From: Amoebidium appalachense | Lineage: Eukaryota > Protista > Ichthyosporea | Assembly: GCA_963693365.1 (NCBI GenBank) | Contig: CAVNZM010000008.1 | Coordinates: 8,374,818 to 8,438,817 of the forward strand | Direction: 5' to 3' | Length of the DNA stretch: 64,000 nucleotides | In this document: in pieces, positions 18,847-36,410 of the stretch | How the letters are laid out: every line of letters starts with the position of its first letter | Position numbering within the stretch: the stretch's first letter is position 1 | The notes under the pieces: model-generated | What the model was told of the DNA's origin: nothing | Seen by the model: the letters and a program-made list of their open reading frames with translations, nothing else | The model's database searches: none | Translations under genes and position numbers: made by a program

Positions 18847-20349
18847 TATTCATTTTTAATCATCTATTGATATTTACTCTTTCTCATTTTTCAGTATTTT
18901 GGGTCGGCCCAGGTTATGATTCGTTGCTTGTCAGATTACTGTTTAATGGGCTCAGGGCGAGATTGCTGTTAAATGGGTTCAGGGCTACTTACTATTCCAC
19001 CATCCATTCCTGATTGGTTTATTCCTCCTCACAGGGACCTGAAACTCGAGAACCTTCTTTTTACGGACTCGTCGGCCAATGCTCGGCTCAAGGTCGGGGA
19101 CTTTGGGTTCTCGAAGATCATCAAGCCTACAGCGTCGCTTACGGCAAAGTGCTACACCCCCATCTATGCTGGTACGTTTTTTGGTGGATGGGTGTGTGTG
19201 TGTGTGTGTGTGCGTGTGTCTGTGTGTATGTGTGTGTTTTTAAAGGGGGAGGGGGTTTGTGTATGCTGTCTTTTGAAGTGCATGTTTGTGGCATTTATGT
19301 GGCTTTTTTTGCTTTGCTTGTTGTGATGTTTGCAGAGCGCGCTGTGTTTTGTTGTGTTCTTGCGCCTATCACCGTCCCAGCCCCCTCCTACTCCTCCATC
19401 CGCCTACCCACCCAATCCCCCCAACATACCCACCTCCCATCCCGTTGTTCTGTGCTGCTTTCGTCTATTCTTTTTATGCATCGTTTCTTTTGTTTTCAAA
19501 GTTCCTCCCGGTAGAATATTTCCCAGTGTTTATTCGCTCTCCCACTATTTATGTATAGTACTAAATGCTTATTCTGTGTTTGTATTGCAGCACCCGAGAT
19601 CCTCCAAGGCAAACCCTATGACCACTCAGTCGACTGCTGGCAGCTAGGGGTCATTGCCTACGTTCTTCTGTGCGGGTACCCCCCCTTTGACGAGTCGGAC
19701 GGGCCTGGCCTCTACTCGAAGATTCTCGAAGGTTCGTACACGTTCCACGCGGAGTTCTGGGACCACGTGTCGAGGGGGGCAAAGGATTTCGTGAGCCGGC
19801 TGCTTCTTTTGGACCCTGCGGAGAGGATGACGGTGGATGAGGCGATATGCCATCCATGGATTACGAAGGTGCGTTTTGTATTGCTTGGTTTTGCTGTTTT
19901 GTTTTGTTTTGTTTTGTTTCGTTTTGCTTCTTGGATGTTTAACCGAGGGTGGTGGGGGTGGGGGGTTGGATGTGCGTGTGGGTTGGTGGGGGTGTGGATG
20001 TGTGTGTGTGTGTGTGGATGTGTGTTCGTGTGTTTGTGTGTGTGTGGATGTGTGGATGTGTTTGTGTGTGTGTGTGTTTTGGGGAAGGTGGGAGGGCGGG
20101 GTGGCACTGAGGTGCGATTGTGTGGGTGCCACCTATGCATCTGAGTGCTTTTGGAAATGTACTGAAGTAGTCTTTTTTAGAGGGGGAAGGGGGGGGAGGG
20201 GGAGAGGGTGTGTGTGTGGGGGGAGAGGGGGGGGGGGGGGGGGAGGGGGGCTTTTAGTGAAAAAGAGCACAATGTGGATGGTGCGGCAAGGTGCTTGGGC
20301 TTCTTGGGTGTACAGTTTCTTTTGCAATGCCTTGTGCCGTGGTTGTGTC

Positions 20350-20384
<35 letters not shown>

Positions 20385-20743
20385 TGAGATCGCAGTATCT
20401 AGGGTACCCGCTAATGAGGAAGGAGAGGGGGGGAGGGGGGTGAGAGGGGGAGGGAGGGGGTGGGGGGGGGGGGGGGGGGGGGGAGGGTTCTTACTATGTG
20501 AAAACATTCTGACCTGCTTCCTCTACCATTCAGGGATACGAGAGTTCCGACACATGTGACGGGCTCAGCCCACCGCAAGCAAACGTGCTAGCGACCTCCC
20601 CTGACCTCCGTCTTGACGTGCAGGCTTACAGGCGAATGTTTAGAAAGGCCTTGGAAGACAAGCAGACTAACAGGAAGCCGGGAACTGGTGGTGCTGGTAA
20701 CATCCCGCATGCAAGGAGCACGGTTTGTGACAACTCAAAGTAG
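17485..20743 (+). CDS. CAMK-group Ser/Thr kinase, MAPKAPK (MK2/MK5)-like
   Basis: Exons 17485-17694, 18161-18432, 19035-19171, 19591-19868, 20534-20743 (TAG), all GT-AG and in phase. Motifs LGAGKFANV, YAVK, MELMEGGELF, HRDLKLENLL, DFG, CYTPIYAAPE, DCWQLGVIAYVLLCGYPPF. Confidence 0.92.
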
Positions 20744-21141
20744 ATGTCAATGACTCCCACCCACCATCACCACCACGCCGGACGTACACAGGCACAGTGT
20801 GCGGGCTCACACACACATGAACCTCTCTCCGAGCAAACCTGAATGCCTTTTGAGAGTGCACCCTCGTCCTAGGGGCTTTTGTTGTTTTTGTTTTTGCGAC
20901 GCGCAATTCCCCCTTAAAGGGCAGTGGTATACTTAAAACTCATGTTTTGGGGCAACACGAACAGTCTGGGAGGATGGCAAGCGTGTAGGGGTGGAGCCCC
21001 GCTTTTTTTCCTTTTCTTGTTTATTTATTTATTTATCTATTTATTTTTGGAAGGGATGACCAAAAGTCCAGAAAGAAGGGGAATTGTGAATGAGCAAGGC
21101 AGCCAGATTGAATAATCGAAGGACCCCCCCCCCCCCCCCCT

Positions 21142-21190
<49 letters not shown>

Positions 21191-21451
21191 ACCACCACCA
21201 CCACCACGGCCGCCGCTGCGGGGTGAAGTCACTGTTAAGGTTCTGTGCAGACTGAAAAGCAAGATGTTGATTCCACGTGTGTTTTTATATTAATACATGA
21301 TTTTTATTTTTCATTTTTTTATGCCTCGTTTTTTCTTCTGTTTGCATGGCCATGTATTCCTCTTTTCTCTTCTTTTTTTACGTCGTATGGCTTGCTAATC
21401 AACGAAAGCGAATGCCGTACCAATTAATCACCCTGTTCTTTTTTTGATTGG

Positions 21452-21495
<44 letters not shown>

Positions 21496-21860
21496 CCTTC
21501 TTTTTTTTCTCCCGGGGGATGGTCTTTTTTGCAGATATATACATGGTAGATATATTCGAGATATACTTGTAGTAAGAGATGATTCGGCTTTCAGCTGATA
21601 TGGTTACGTAAACATTAGAAGATAGTTGAATGTAATTTAAGTTGTGAAGTGTACTTTGGGTTGAAATTTATAACTTTGTGAATAATGCAGTTAGAAATGA
21701 ACATATATACTTAGGCATGTAAGCAAGAAAATGAAGAAAATGCGCGGTTCTGCGCCTGGGTGTGCAGGTGTGCTGATTCTTGTTGGTTGTGCAAAATAAA
21801 TTATAATGCTATTGTTTCTTTCGAACCAACGCTTTGAAGAACGCGGGCGGCAACCCTCCC

Positions 21861-21895
<35 letters not shown>

Positions 21896-21971
21896 TCCGT
21901 CCCTCCCCCGTTTCTCTCTTCATGAATGTGTACTTCTTAGCTTACTCTCAGCAAAACATTCTAAACACACA

Positions 21972-22006
<35 letters not shown>

Positions 22007-22948
22007 GCTGAGAAGAAGGAGAAGAAGAAGAAGAAAAAAAAAAGAAAAAAAAAGAAAAAAAAAAAAAATGAAGTCCACACCAGCCTGGGTGTAAGTTCTC
22101 TCCACATTAGGGTTTTATGGAGTACTGGGAAAGTATGACACTGCGCTTGATTAACTGGTTGTCTGTGCTACTTGTACTGGGACAAGTAATGCGCATCATA
22201 CATGATTTAGTCCCGTAGGTGCAGGCCCAACAAGTTGAACCCCCCGACCCACCCACCACCTGTACACTACATCTACTCAGATGTTATGGCACACACAGAC
22301 ACACACACATGTAACATGTACGTGTGCAGCGCCGCACACAACATACAAAACACACGTACCCACGAAACTCGAGATATTCACACACGCACAAACACGTGCA
22401 CACACACACACACACACATCATTGTGTGTGTGGGCGCGCGCATAGCGCGAGCACGTACACACAAACAAGAAAAAACAGGAAATTAAAAGAAGACTATCGA
22501 AACTTTCTGAGTAAAAGCGGAGTCAAACACATTTGCAATTGTAATAAAAGATCGAAAGGGCCGGGAGATGCAATATGAATCATTGAATACTGATCATTAA
22601 ATAATCCCCCCCCCCCCCTCCGGAACTCCCCCCCGTTCCCTCCCCCTTCCTCTTCCCCAACACACACACACACACACACAGACACACACACACCCACCCA
22701 CCCACCCACGTGCACACACCCACCCACACACACATTCAAAAGTTATCTGACACGTATCTATTTGTGGTTTGCAACCGCTTTAAAACCAAAGGTGGAAATA
22801 AGCAGTGGGACCTAGAACCAACAACAAATTGGTATGAAACCAGGAAGATAATCATGGGGCGGAAAAAAGGCACACTGTTCAAACCATCGTGGGTTTGGTG
22901 CTTTGACTGCTGTAACAGTTTGCTTTTTTTTTCTTTCTTCTTTTTTTT

Positions 22949-22998
<50 letters not shown>

Positions 22999-23067
22999 AT
23001 GTGTGTGTGTCTGTGTGTGTGTGTGTATGTGTGTGTTCACGGTGTGTGTGTGTGTGACTGTGTGTCA

Positions 23068-23104
<37 letters not shown>

Positions 23105-23108
23105 CACG

Positions 23109-23146
<38 letters not shown>

Positions 23147-23356
23147 ACACACGTGCTTTTTTTTTTTTTTTTTGGTGCATGCGTGAGTGCGTACACGTGG
23201 GTGCGTGTGTGTGTGCGTATGTGCATGCATGTGCGTGTGTGCGTGTAAACGTGTGTGTTTGTGAATCGTACTTGTGCGTGTGTGAAGTGGAGTGTTGCAT
23301 GTGTGCCTTAGAAGGGGGACTCGGTGAGAGGGGGGGAGAGGGGGGGGGGGGGGGGG

Positions 23357-23427
<71 letters not shown>

Positions 23428-23814
23428 GGGGGGAGGGGGGGGGGGGGGGGGGGGAAGGTATGTAATCGCCGTGACGTCGGCCAGCCTCCGAGCCCACTCA
23501 CACTGCCGTCCCATTCTCCTCACCTTCTGCCATTACTCCTGGCCCTCCACTTGTGACCCTAAACAAAAACAAAAATCGGTGTTTTGGAATATGACCCAGT
23601 TATTCTTTCTCCCTCAAATGTTTCCCCGTCACTTCCTTCCCGCATTCGTCCAGTCTGAAACTCTGAGGCAATTGAACGACACCACCCATGTATGCACGTC
23701 CCGTCTTCAAAAGTTACCCCTGTATCAATTTGTGACCCATGTTGTTGGGAATGTCCGGCCTGGACCCGTTTACATCTCGGTAGACCCCGCACCACCACCT
23801 TTTAAAGTTTCCGT

Positions 23815-23874
23815 TTAAACACTTGCCGATCAGATGTTTTCGTGTTAAACACTTGCCGATCAGATGTTTTCGTG
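23815..23874. repeat. Perfect 30-bp tandem duplication
   Basis: ttaaacacttgccgatcagatgttttcgtg x2. Confidence 0.9.
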
Positions 23875-24555
23875 ATTTTCTCGATCGATTAATCATTGCA
23901 CCGGGCTACTGTATATTACGCCAATGTATTACTACTATCCGCCTTAAGCTTGGATCGATCAGGCCCCTGAGTGCATCAAAAGTGAGGTGTATAAATACGC
24001 GGGCACGGCAGTTACACAAGAGTAAACTACAATATATGGTGTCGCGTATTTTTGTATTTCATACATTCGAACAGGGGGGTTCTAATAGAGTTATTATGAA
24101 ATGATCAGGCTGAAACGAAGCGTAGGAGAGTAGTCACGCAGTCTGCGTAAACTTCTGTTGTTGGGTGACAAAATTTCAGCGTAGTCGGTCTGACGTAGTG
24201 TAACGTCAAAATTCTTTTGCGAACCCCGGCCGCCGGGGCCAGAAAGGAGCATATAAGCACATAAAGTACAAGGACCATGAAAATGAAGCTTCAAGTTGTG
24301 TTGTGTTGACTACTCACAAGATCTCATACCACTTCCGCAAAATCATTCATTCATTTATATTGACCAACCTCAGAAGAGATTTCCAATGTTTAGGGCTGTA
24401 CACTACTAGCTGTAGAGAAGATGCATCACAGTTGACTGTTGTGTTGGCCTCGAGTTGAACCTGTCTTAACTGTCCAATGAAATTATACACACGAGCGAGG
24501 TAAGGCTGTTCAGGTAAATACACCATAGTATAAACAACAACACAAAGTGTGTTTG

Positions 24556-24620
24556 GCCGTGACTATACAGGACTGACAAACATTAACTGCCGTGACTATA
24601 CAGGACTGACAAACATTAAC
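24556..24620. repeat. 33-bp tandem duplication
   Basis: gccgtgactatacaggactgacaaacattaac(t) x2. Confidence 0.9.
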
Positions 24621-24832
24621 ATGGGCGAGTTTCAGGCAAGCCCCTCACCCTTATTCTAACTCGCTCCCTCTCTCTACTCTTATTCCAAGCTTCCGTCAGG
24701 ATCTTACAGTGTAAATGTTGCTGAAAGGCATGTTATCGTACTTGTTATGTTACCATGTTAGCTGCACCGCACGATACGCAGGGCTGTTCGCTTCAAAACT
24801 TTTTAAACTCACAAAGAGCACCCCTTCCATTC

Positions 24833-25135
24833 TTAGTCACCGTATTCCTGGCCGTTTGCGTCGAACATTGCAGGACTTGCGTGATCTTCAAGATCCTCGA
24901 GGTCAAAAGCAAGCCTGCCGTGCACCTGAATGTAGAGCTTTTTGGCCTCTTCAAAACTCCTCACTCCCTGGTCGTGGCCCCGCATAAACCCCACAGCGAT
25001 ATCCGCTGAACGTTTAGCACGGTGTAGTGCGTTTCGTCCTCCTGACGGCATGTTCTCGGTGCGACTGGAGAGGGATGCTCCAAGGGCTTGTGACGAGTAG
25101 AGAACAATAGTGGTGAAAAGAATGGAGAGGTGCAT
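24833..25135 (-). CDS. Small secreted prepropeptide-like protein (100 aa), unknown family
   Basis: Non-repetitive ORF with aaaATG context, a hydrophobic signal-like N-terminus (MHLSILFTTIVLYSSQALG), a furin-type RAKR site, and TATAAA on the minus strand at 25296-25301. Confidence 0.6.
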   Translation of the reverse strand: MHLSILFTTIVLYSSQALGASLSSRTENMPSGGRNALHRAKRSADIAVGFMRGHDQGVRSFEEAKKLYIQVHGRLAFDLEDLEDHASPAMFDANGQEYGD

Positions 25136-27677
25136 TTTCGGTAGCGGTAGCTTGTGTGGGCTGAGATGTGTTGCAACAATCGGATCCCTGTATGTGGATC
25201 TTAGGTTTTCTTACTGAGTGTGTTTCGCAATAGCTGAGGTTCCCCCTGTAAGACAGTAAACGGCGTTGGGGAGAATATTTCGCTCGTGTAGCTCCTTTAT
25301 AGGGTACAAGGAGGTACACGGTCTATGTAGCAGCTAAATAAGGGTGTGTTTTAGTTGTTTGAAATGATAAGTGTCTAAGTTACAACTTTCATAACTTCAT
25401 CGCAAAGAACGAGTAACAGCGACATGTGGTCGACGTTCGTGTATATACCCTTGGTGGTTGATGATTGGAATGTGCGTTACGGCGTGATGATTGGCTTCCA
25501 GGCTAAACTTATGAAGGATGTAAACCTACTTCAAGGGGGGCTCTATCGCGTAATTACTTTACTAAAATAATTGACACAGTATGATTGACTATGCTTGCTT
25601 CGCTACACGGTCTTCTCCCATGTCATCAGCTTGATGTGTTGTGAACTTACAGAAATAGTGTAGAAGGATTGTTTTTACTTTGAAATAGTACTATTTATTA
25701 GGTTCTGTATGCAGGACAATACAAAGCAAATGGCGCATGGGCTATACAGCCAGCTTGAGTATGACCGGTACTAGGGCGCCGCGGTCCGTGCACGTGGTAC
25801 ACAGTACCGTATTAAGTTATCATATGAGGATCAATAAAATAATAAATTTTAGATGCAGTGTGCAAAGAAATCAAACACCAACTAGTCATGTGTAGGATAA
25901 TATAAAACTTTATATGAAGAGTGTACTATTATAGTTGTTTTTGAGAATGATTTCTTACTATACTTTCTGGAGGATATTAGAAATAAATTCTGGCCCGCGC
26001 ACATTTTCCAAAATGCACAAGAAAACTGAACGGGGTCTTTTATATGTTGCTCGCGGGGGGTCAGAGATGGGTTATGTAGTCGACGTTGATTGGCTACATA
26101 AACTTGAGTAAGATGCGCTGTCACAACTTCGCAGATTTCGAAAATTTGCCTGTCACAGTATCCGGTTACAAAAGTTACAAAAGGCTTGCAAGTGGGTTCC
26201 GTATACAACTACAACACTTCATATAGGCTATTGTAGGACAGTGTAGTCTCAGTTTACCTGCACAGAGGCGAGTAATTACACCCGCGGTTTTTTATTAGTT
26301 GCGTAGCGTATGCTTACTGTTACCATACGCCCTTTAAGAAAAATACACTGACTGCGCTTCGAACTGGAATTCCGCTGGACCGATCTACAGTAGACTAATA
26401 GGCCCATATCAATACTGTGCACACTGTAACTCCTTCTGGCAAAATGATGCCAGTGTACTTGGATTATATGAACATACGAGTGATGAGAATACATGAGAAG
26501 GTGAAAAGAAGGGGTGGCAATGAGTACGAATGGTGTCCTTACAGCTGTAGCTGATTGTAGCTTGTAGCTGATTCCAACGTCGCATGTTTCCTATTGTTCT
26601 GTCCGATTCAGACGATTGTGATTGGCTTGTTCACTTTAGTGTACGGACCAATCGTTATAGAGGACTATGGTACATAAACCATATATGGTTCCTTCTTGAT
26701 GCGGAGTTATTCAATCAACGCGCATGCACCGTAGTGTGTAAATTTTTAGCCAATCAAAGTAGGCTATGCGTGAGAACTGCATTCCTTTGGATGTTCAGGA
26801 GTCAGGACACCAACGCACTGCGCTGCACGTAGTCAGGTAGTTGCAACGGTTGCAACTTGGTTTGCAATTGGACACCAACCAAGATTGATGTGGGTCACCC
26901 CAGGCTGGAATCACCCTTGCTCTCAGATGCCCATCTAAAGCGCACACGGTCGATTTTGCGAAGTCTTTTAATATCATGTCCGGCGTCTTGCCCCTTTTCA
27001 AGCTTTTCAATGTAGTGCATACCCTGTGCAGGCTTTTTTTCCCGCCAAAACGCGCGCCGTTTCACCCTCGTCACCACTTCAGATGTCAGAGTGTCCCATT
27101 CACCTCACCATGGGTTTCTATCAGTTTCCTTTAGTTGTGTCGCGTTCTATATTAGTATGCAGCAGTCACTTCTGGTTGAGCCTGTTTGAACAATTACCGC
27201 GTCCCGCCTTTCTAGCCAGAGTACAGGCCGGGTGCATGCCAACTATTTAGGGTGCTTAGGTGCATCACGTGCTACGTTGTCGGCTGTTTTGAAGGTACGC
27301 TGCTTTCTTTCTTTGAAGAACTGTCATGTTCCATAGCCACGTTCATGAAATGTCTTATGAAATATACCAGCTGTAAAACACAAGCTCAAGCAAACACACG
27401 CCTACGTCCACGCACACAGCAACATGCATACTATTGCGCGCCGTGCGCAGGTGTAACTAACACACGCCCACACACGCACACGCACACGCACGCACACGCA
27501 CGCACACACACGCGTGCGCACGCTAGCACACACGCACGCACACGCACACGCTCGCACACACGCACACACACACACCCACACACGCAGACACACACGCACA
27601 CGCACACGCGCACGCACAAACACAAGCACACGCACATACTCCACACGCACCCGCACATGTGCACACACGCACACACG

Positions 27678-27710
<33 letters not shown>

Positions 27711-27846
27711 GCACACACGCACACACACACACACACACTCACTCACTCACTTCAAGTACTGCACAAGCATCCGCACACCCACAAGACTCAAGCACAAGGT
27801 TTCTGTGCCCACGGTCACCCACTGAAACCCCGTGGACATTCTTATT

Positions 27847-27901
<55 letters not shown>

Positions 27902-27980
27902 GTTTGCAACCTCACACATCTGCTTATTCCAAACCTCACACACCTGCATTCCAAAACCCACCATGTACCATGTAGGATAG

Positions 27981-31394
<3,414 letters not shown>

Positions 31395-31575
31395 GAGTGG
31401 GAGGGTAACGTTGTACAGGCTTCAGTGAGTGGAGAGAGGAGGGTAGGGGGAGGGGAGAGAGGGATGGAGAGGCAAAGAGAGAAATAGAGGGGGGAGGTGG
31501 GGCGGAGTTAGGGCGCGCGAGAGAACGGCAGAGAGGAAGAGGGGGGGGGGGGGGGGGGAGAGGGGGGGGGGGAGG

Positions 31576-31611
<36 letters not shown>

Positions 31612-32799
31612 TGTGTGTGTGTGTATAGAGGGGGAGAGAGAGAGAGAGAGAGAGAGAGTGAGAGAGGAGAGGGAGAGAAAGGGGGGGGAAGGGGGGGGGG
31701 GGGGGGGGGGGGGGGGAGGGGGAGACGGGGGAGTTGGGCCGGGGACGCAGGGGGACGGGCTAAAATGGACATAGCGGAAACATCAGCAGAGAAAATGCTG
31801 AACAGGCGACCATCAACAAACCGACTAGAATCTCATACACGCCCGTGCACTTAACGACAAATAAGTATAGTAAGGAAGTTTTATTCGAATTTACAACAGA
31901 CATCCTACAAGCCTGACCGGGAGTGCCCAGTCTCCAAGTCCAAGTTCAAAGTCACTTGCACAGTGTGCAACTTCAGAGCCTCCTAGGCTTAATTATTCCA
32001 ACCCCGGATCCGGTGGTGGAGTCGCCGAGATCTCCCCAAACAAGTTTTAACTTTAGATGTTTAAAATTCATGGGGGAGCCACATCAATCCTGGTTGGGGT
32101 CTAAACCGCTTGCAACTTGGACCGTTCGTTGTCCCCTCCCGGCGCACATGTTGATGAAATGACGCAGTTTCCCCCTCACACGCTCATAGAGTCATGCATA
32201 CACTGAGTCAACTTGATTTGTCAAGACTTTGTCAAAACCCTGCTTTTTCTACTCTTTATTATGGATACAAGAATTGAGGTGATCACACCGTGCCCCCTGC
32301 CGGCTGGTGGGCCACAGGCCCGTGACAGCCAGACGTTTCGAAAGTAAAAAAAAAAAAAAAAAAAAAAAGGTTCCGACAACTCTCGACGAGGGAATAATAT
32401 TACATGTAACCTACTAGAAAATATGATTTATAATAATGAGAATATATAGTATTATTATGAGTATTGTCATACTGTTCCAAACTTTATTTCAATGATATAT
32501 TCTGCAATCCATCAAGTCGAGTCACTTGATCTGCAACACTGCAACCGTTGCTGCATTCACATGTACATGCATGTCGATCATCCGTCCAGCTGCAGCAACT
32601 CGAGTTTCCGGGGTCACGACTCGCACTGCGCGCAGCCCCAACTTCCGGGAAGAATCCAACTTTTATATCTGGAATGCATAACAGCCTAATTTCTGCTATG
32701 TGATTGGATAAGCAACTAGTATATACTGCCCAGTTGGGCAATTTCACGATCTAATATTAGATCTAGTTGTTTTTATGATCGCTATTCATCATCAGGAAA

Positions 32800-33250
32800 G
32801 TATGGGCCTTAGCCTCTATAGCTCGCAAATCGATCGGTCCAAATCCCCCCTTTTTGAGCGATCGTGGTATGAGAAAGGAGCATGATATTCGGGAAATTTC
32901 AACGTGGAAAGGGAGCTTATGATGTGCACTTCAAAAGTGCCCGGTTACTTTTTTTCTCTGACAGCAAAAACATGGTAAAAATTTGTGTTGAAAATTAAAT
33001 TTTTCATATGTAGGCCAAAATTGGCCGCCCAACCGTAACACAGAAGGAGGGGTATTTGACCCATCAGTATGGGGTGCAAAATGCTCAGCTGGCCAAGCCA
33101 AGGTCAGTCTCCGGAATCAGATTTTCAAAAAAGTTTTCCGTTCTCGAGATATTCACACTTTTCCGATCGGACCCCCCCAGCTTGAACCCCCATCATGAAA
33201 TTTAGTTTGCGACCACTTAGGTGCATCATGTGACCGTGCACTACGGCCCC
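32800..33250. mobile_element. Possible DNA-transposon terminal or subterminal remnant
   Basis: Non-coding AT-rich stretch with motifs such as ttctcgagatatt, reminiscent of class II element ends. No partner TIR found. Confidence 0.25.
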
Positions 33251-33270
33251 GTGTGTGTGTGTGTGTGTGT

Positions 33271-33305
<35 letters not shown>

Positions 33306-33423
33306 ACACGGTGTGTGTCTACATGTATGTGTGTGTGTGTTTGTGTGTGTGTGTGTGCACGTGTGTACACTGGTGTGTGTGTGTGTGTGTGTGTGCACAA
33401 TGTCTGTAGTACCATGGTGTGTG

Positions 33424-33466
<43 letters not shown>

Positions 33467-33489
33467 CCTAGGGGGACATGCAACATTGA

Positions 33490-33855
33490 GGATTCACAAG
33501 GGCCGGTGGATTTGCCACCAACTTATTACTAATGGCCATGGCTCGCATAGAGGAGGCACGAAATATGACCAGGGTTGTTGCAACGCACGACAAGAGTTAT
33601 TTGCAGTTTGTGAAATAATACCCGGACACAGATTCTCCAGGCATAGGCGAGGTGTCAAGTTTGTGCATTGATGATGCGTTCATCATCTACCTCAATGTCC
33701 CTAAGACGGCTTATGACACAGTGGTGAACGCGCGAGACCTTGTGGGAAAGTCTGCTACACAACTGTCCCCCACGCAGGTTGTGCGTCGCAAGTGGAAGTA
33801 CGAGTATATACTTGCTAGATACAAGTACGGCAACGTCCACCCTAACTACGCCTAA
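33490..33855 (+). pseudogene. Protein-like frame of ~120 codons interrupted by one TAA (33616-33618)
   Basis: GFTRAGGFATNLLLMAMARIEEARNMTRVVATHDKSYLQFVK*YPDTDSPGIGEVSSLCIDDAFIIYLNVPKTAYDTVVNARDLVGKS...KWKYEYILARYKYGNVHPNYA*. It could instead be an exon starting at the cag at 33640. Confidence 0.35.
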
Positions 33856-34249
33856 GTTTGTGCACGCGTCAGCTGGGCTGCACGCAAAATGATAGCTGAA
33901 CTGTAACAGATGTGCAAAGGGACATACAGGTGCAATGCGTTTGGAAACGTTTATTGTTACATGTTTTGCATGTAATCAGCAAGTCACCCCCCTCCTCACT
34001 CCCCCTTCCCCACCACGTCTATTTTACATACAAACACATGCGGCTTCGCTCGTGCGTGGTGTGTGTGGAACGTGTTAGGCAGGCCACATGCATACTCGTG
34101 TGGGACATACACAGACACCTCAGAGGCCCCCCTCAACAAACGGTGAGCAAACACACACAGACACACTCTTCGCACCACGGCCCTCTGAAAAAAAGACTTC
34201 GCACCCAGCTTGAACATAGCCGGCCAGGCAGGCCGCCCAGCAGGCAGCG

Positions 34250-34345
34250 AGCCAGGTCAAATCGGGTCGGGTCGGTTCATTTCGGGTCAGTTCAGGCCAA
34301 GCGATGACCCGACCCGAATTGATTGGGGTCCGAAATTGGCCAAAG
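34250..34345. repeat. Inverted CGGGTC/GACCCG motif cluster (hAT-subterminal-like)
   Basis: tcgggtcgggtcg...ttcgggtca...tgacccgacccgaa. Similar motifs occur at 58756-58820. Confidence 0.35.
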
Positions 34346-34887
34346 AATTTTATTGCGGCAATCGACGCGTCTCGTCGAGCTGGTTCGAGCCTGTCACCTA
34401 CTGAGGTGACTCGTATTTTTCCTTACACACACAGCGAACACTGGACTCTCGGGACCGTAGAGCCGCCGCGAGAGAAGGCATGCACGCGGTCGCGAGAGTG
34501 TAAGGAAAAATAGTGTGAGGGGTGTGAGGCGAACGGCAAGTTCAAAGCAGCCCAGGCACCGTCAGTACGTGCCAGGGTTCGAGCCACCGTTTCGGATTTT
34601 TTTTTTCGATTTTTTTTTTTTTTTTTTCGGCGAAAAGTTTTTTGCGCGCTATAGAGACTAAGGCCCATACCCGCGTATTCGGGGGTTTCCCAACCTGACC
34701 GTACTGGCATGTACTGGAGTTCTAGCGGAGTGTGTTGTTTTAAAATTTTGACAGGAATAAAGAGAAGAGCTGCCAGGAGAAGGAGGGAGGGAAGAGGGAA
34801 GCTTCGGGGGGAAGCCAAGGGGCGGGGAGGGGACTCATCAGGGGAGGGATTGGAGAAAGAGAGAGACTCTGGGGAGAGACAGGGAGA

Positions 34888-34955
<68 letters not shown>

Positions 34956-35037
34956 ACACACTGACACGCACACACACACACACAGAGAGAGAGAGGGGGG
35001 GGGGGGGAGAGAGAGATCTCTCTCGAGATCTATATAC

Positions 35038-35109
<72 letters not shown>

Positions 35110-36355
35110 AGATCACCGAATCTAGAATTCAGAACTGCGTATAGAGATCAGCGATTGGGGTGCTAAAAGCGTCGACCCAAAACAACAGGAAAAAAAAAAA
35201 GAGAAAAAAAACATAAGCATATATGTATTAAGTCCGAAATGAAGCGCCATACTCTTCATATAATATATTTATATCTCTATTTTACTGAGTGTTGTTTTAT
35301 TCTGACGATCTCACCACCGTAAGGCTAGGTTGTTGGACCAAACGGCCCACCATGAGCACACATGCATGGGAACTCTCTTGTTGCTTGTACTGCCTCACAC
35401 CTGGGGCTAGAGGAAGCAGTTTAACGGTGGGTGTGGTTGAAAAACGGCAGCTTATAAAACGTGCTGTATGCTTTGTTCGGCTTGGTCGTTCTACTGGCGC
35501 TTTTGGTGCACGTTACATCTGCACAGCTAGCTGCAGGTTGCAGGTCCCCGTGGCTCTCGAGGCTACCCTTGGTACAGCTTGTTGCAGATCAGAGCGCATA
35601 AAAAGAACAGACCGGAACATCGACCATTGTTGTGCACACGTACATCTTTTGGTATGTTGCTGCTTGCGGCAGAGGTTGAAGATGAAGGTATATATTTATG
35701 AGATGTAGGAAGCAAGATACATATATATACATACACACGAGCAAGCTACTAGCTTAGGGTCACTCTGGGTAGAGAAAGGCTATACTAGCAGTAACTTGAA
35801 GGGCGGTTGAAAAGTGTTGAGGGCGACGTACTAGTAGCTAAGCAATGAGTAACGTACAAGTATTCGTTTTGAAAAGCCCTCTAAGTCAACGAAGCTTCGC
35901 ATTGTGATGTGCAGACGCTAACAAACGTGCTTCGTGTTCGTGCCCTGGCCTCGAACCGTTGTATGCCTGTCCACACCTCAAGACGATCATGATACATAGA
36001 CACGGCGCGTGGTCTGCAGTGCAGGCCCCCGGAGTAACAGCTAGAGATTCTGGTAGATCTGGTTATAGGAAACGGAGGAACGAAACCACCAAGCCTTTTA
36101 TGGATCTATTCCCCCTTTTAGACTACCTGTTTCCTCATCCCACAGTGTAGTGAACTACATTGCCCACTGAGCCTCTCCGTTCAAGTCCATCTAAGTCACG
36201 GTCTTTTCTCGACCAACAGGTGTTCGCAGTTCTTGTGCGCACTTGCTCCTAGATCTATACGCACTTGCTCTTAGATCTATACACCCACCTCCCCCGCTCC
36301 ATACCCCGGTCGTACCGCCCACCTGGCCTAAGCTCCTGGCCTGCAGATCTCCGAG

Positions 36356-36410
<55 letters not shown>

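Noticed and set aside
35289-35708. 139-aa ORF and a minus-strand AATAAA nearby
   Set aside because: No motif or splice support, and the minus frames I checked contain stops.
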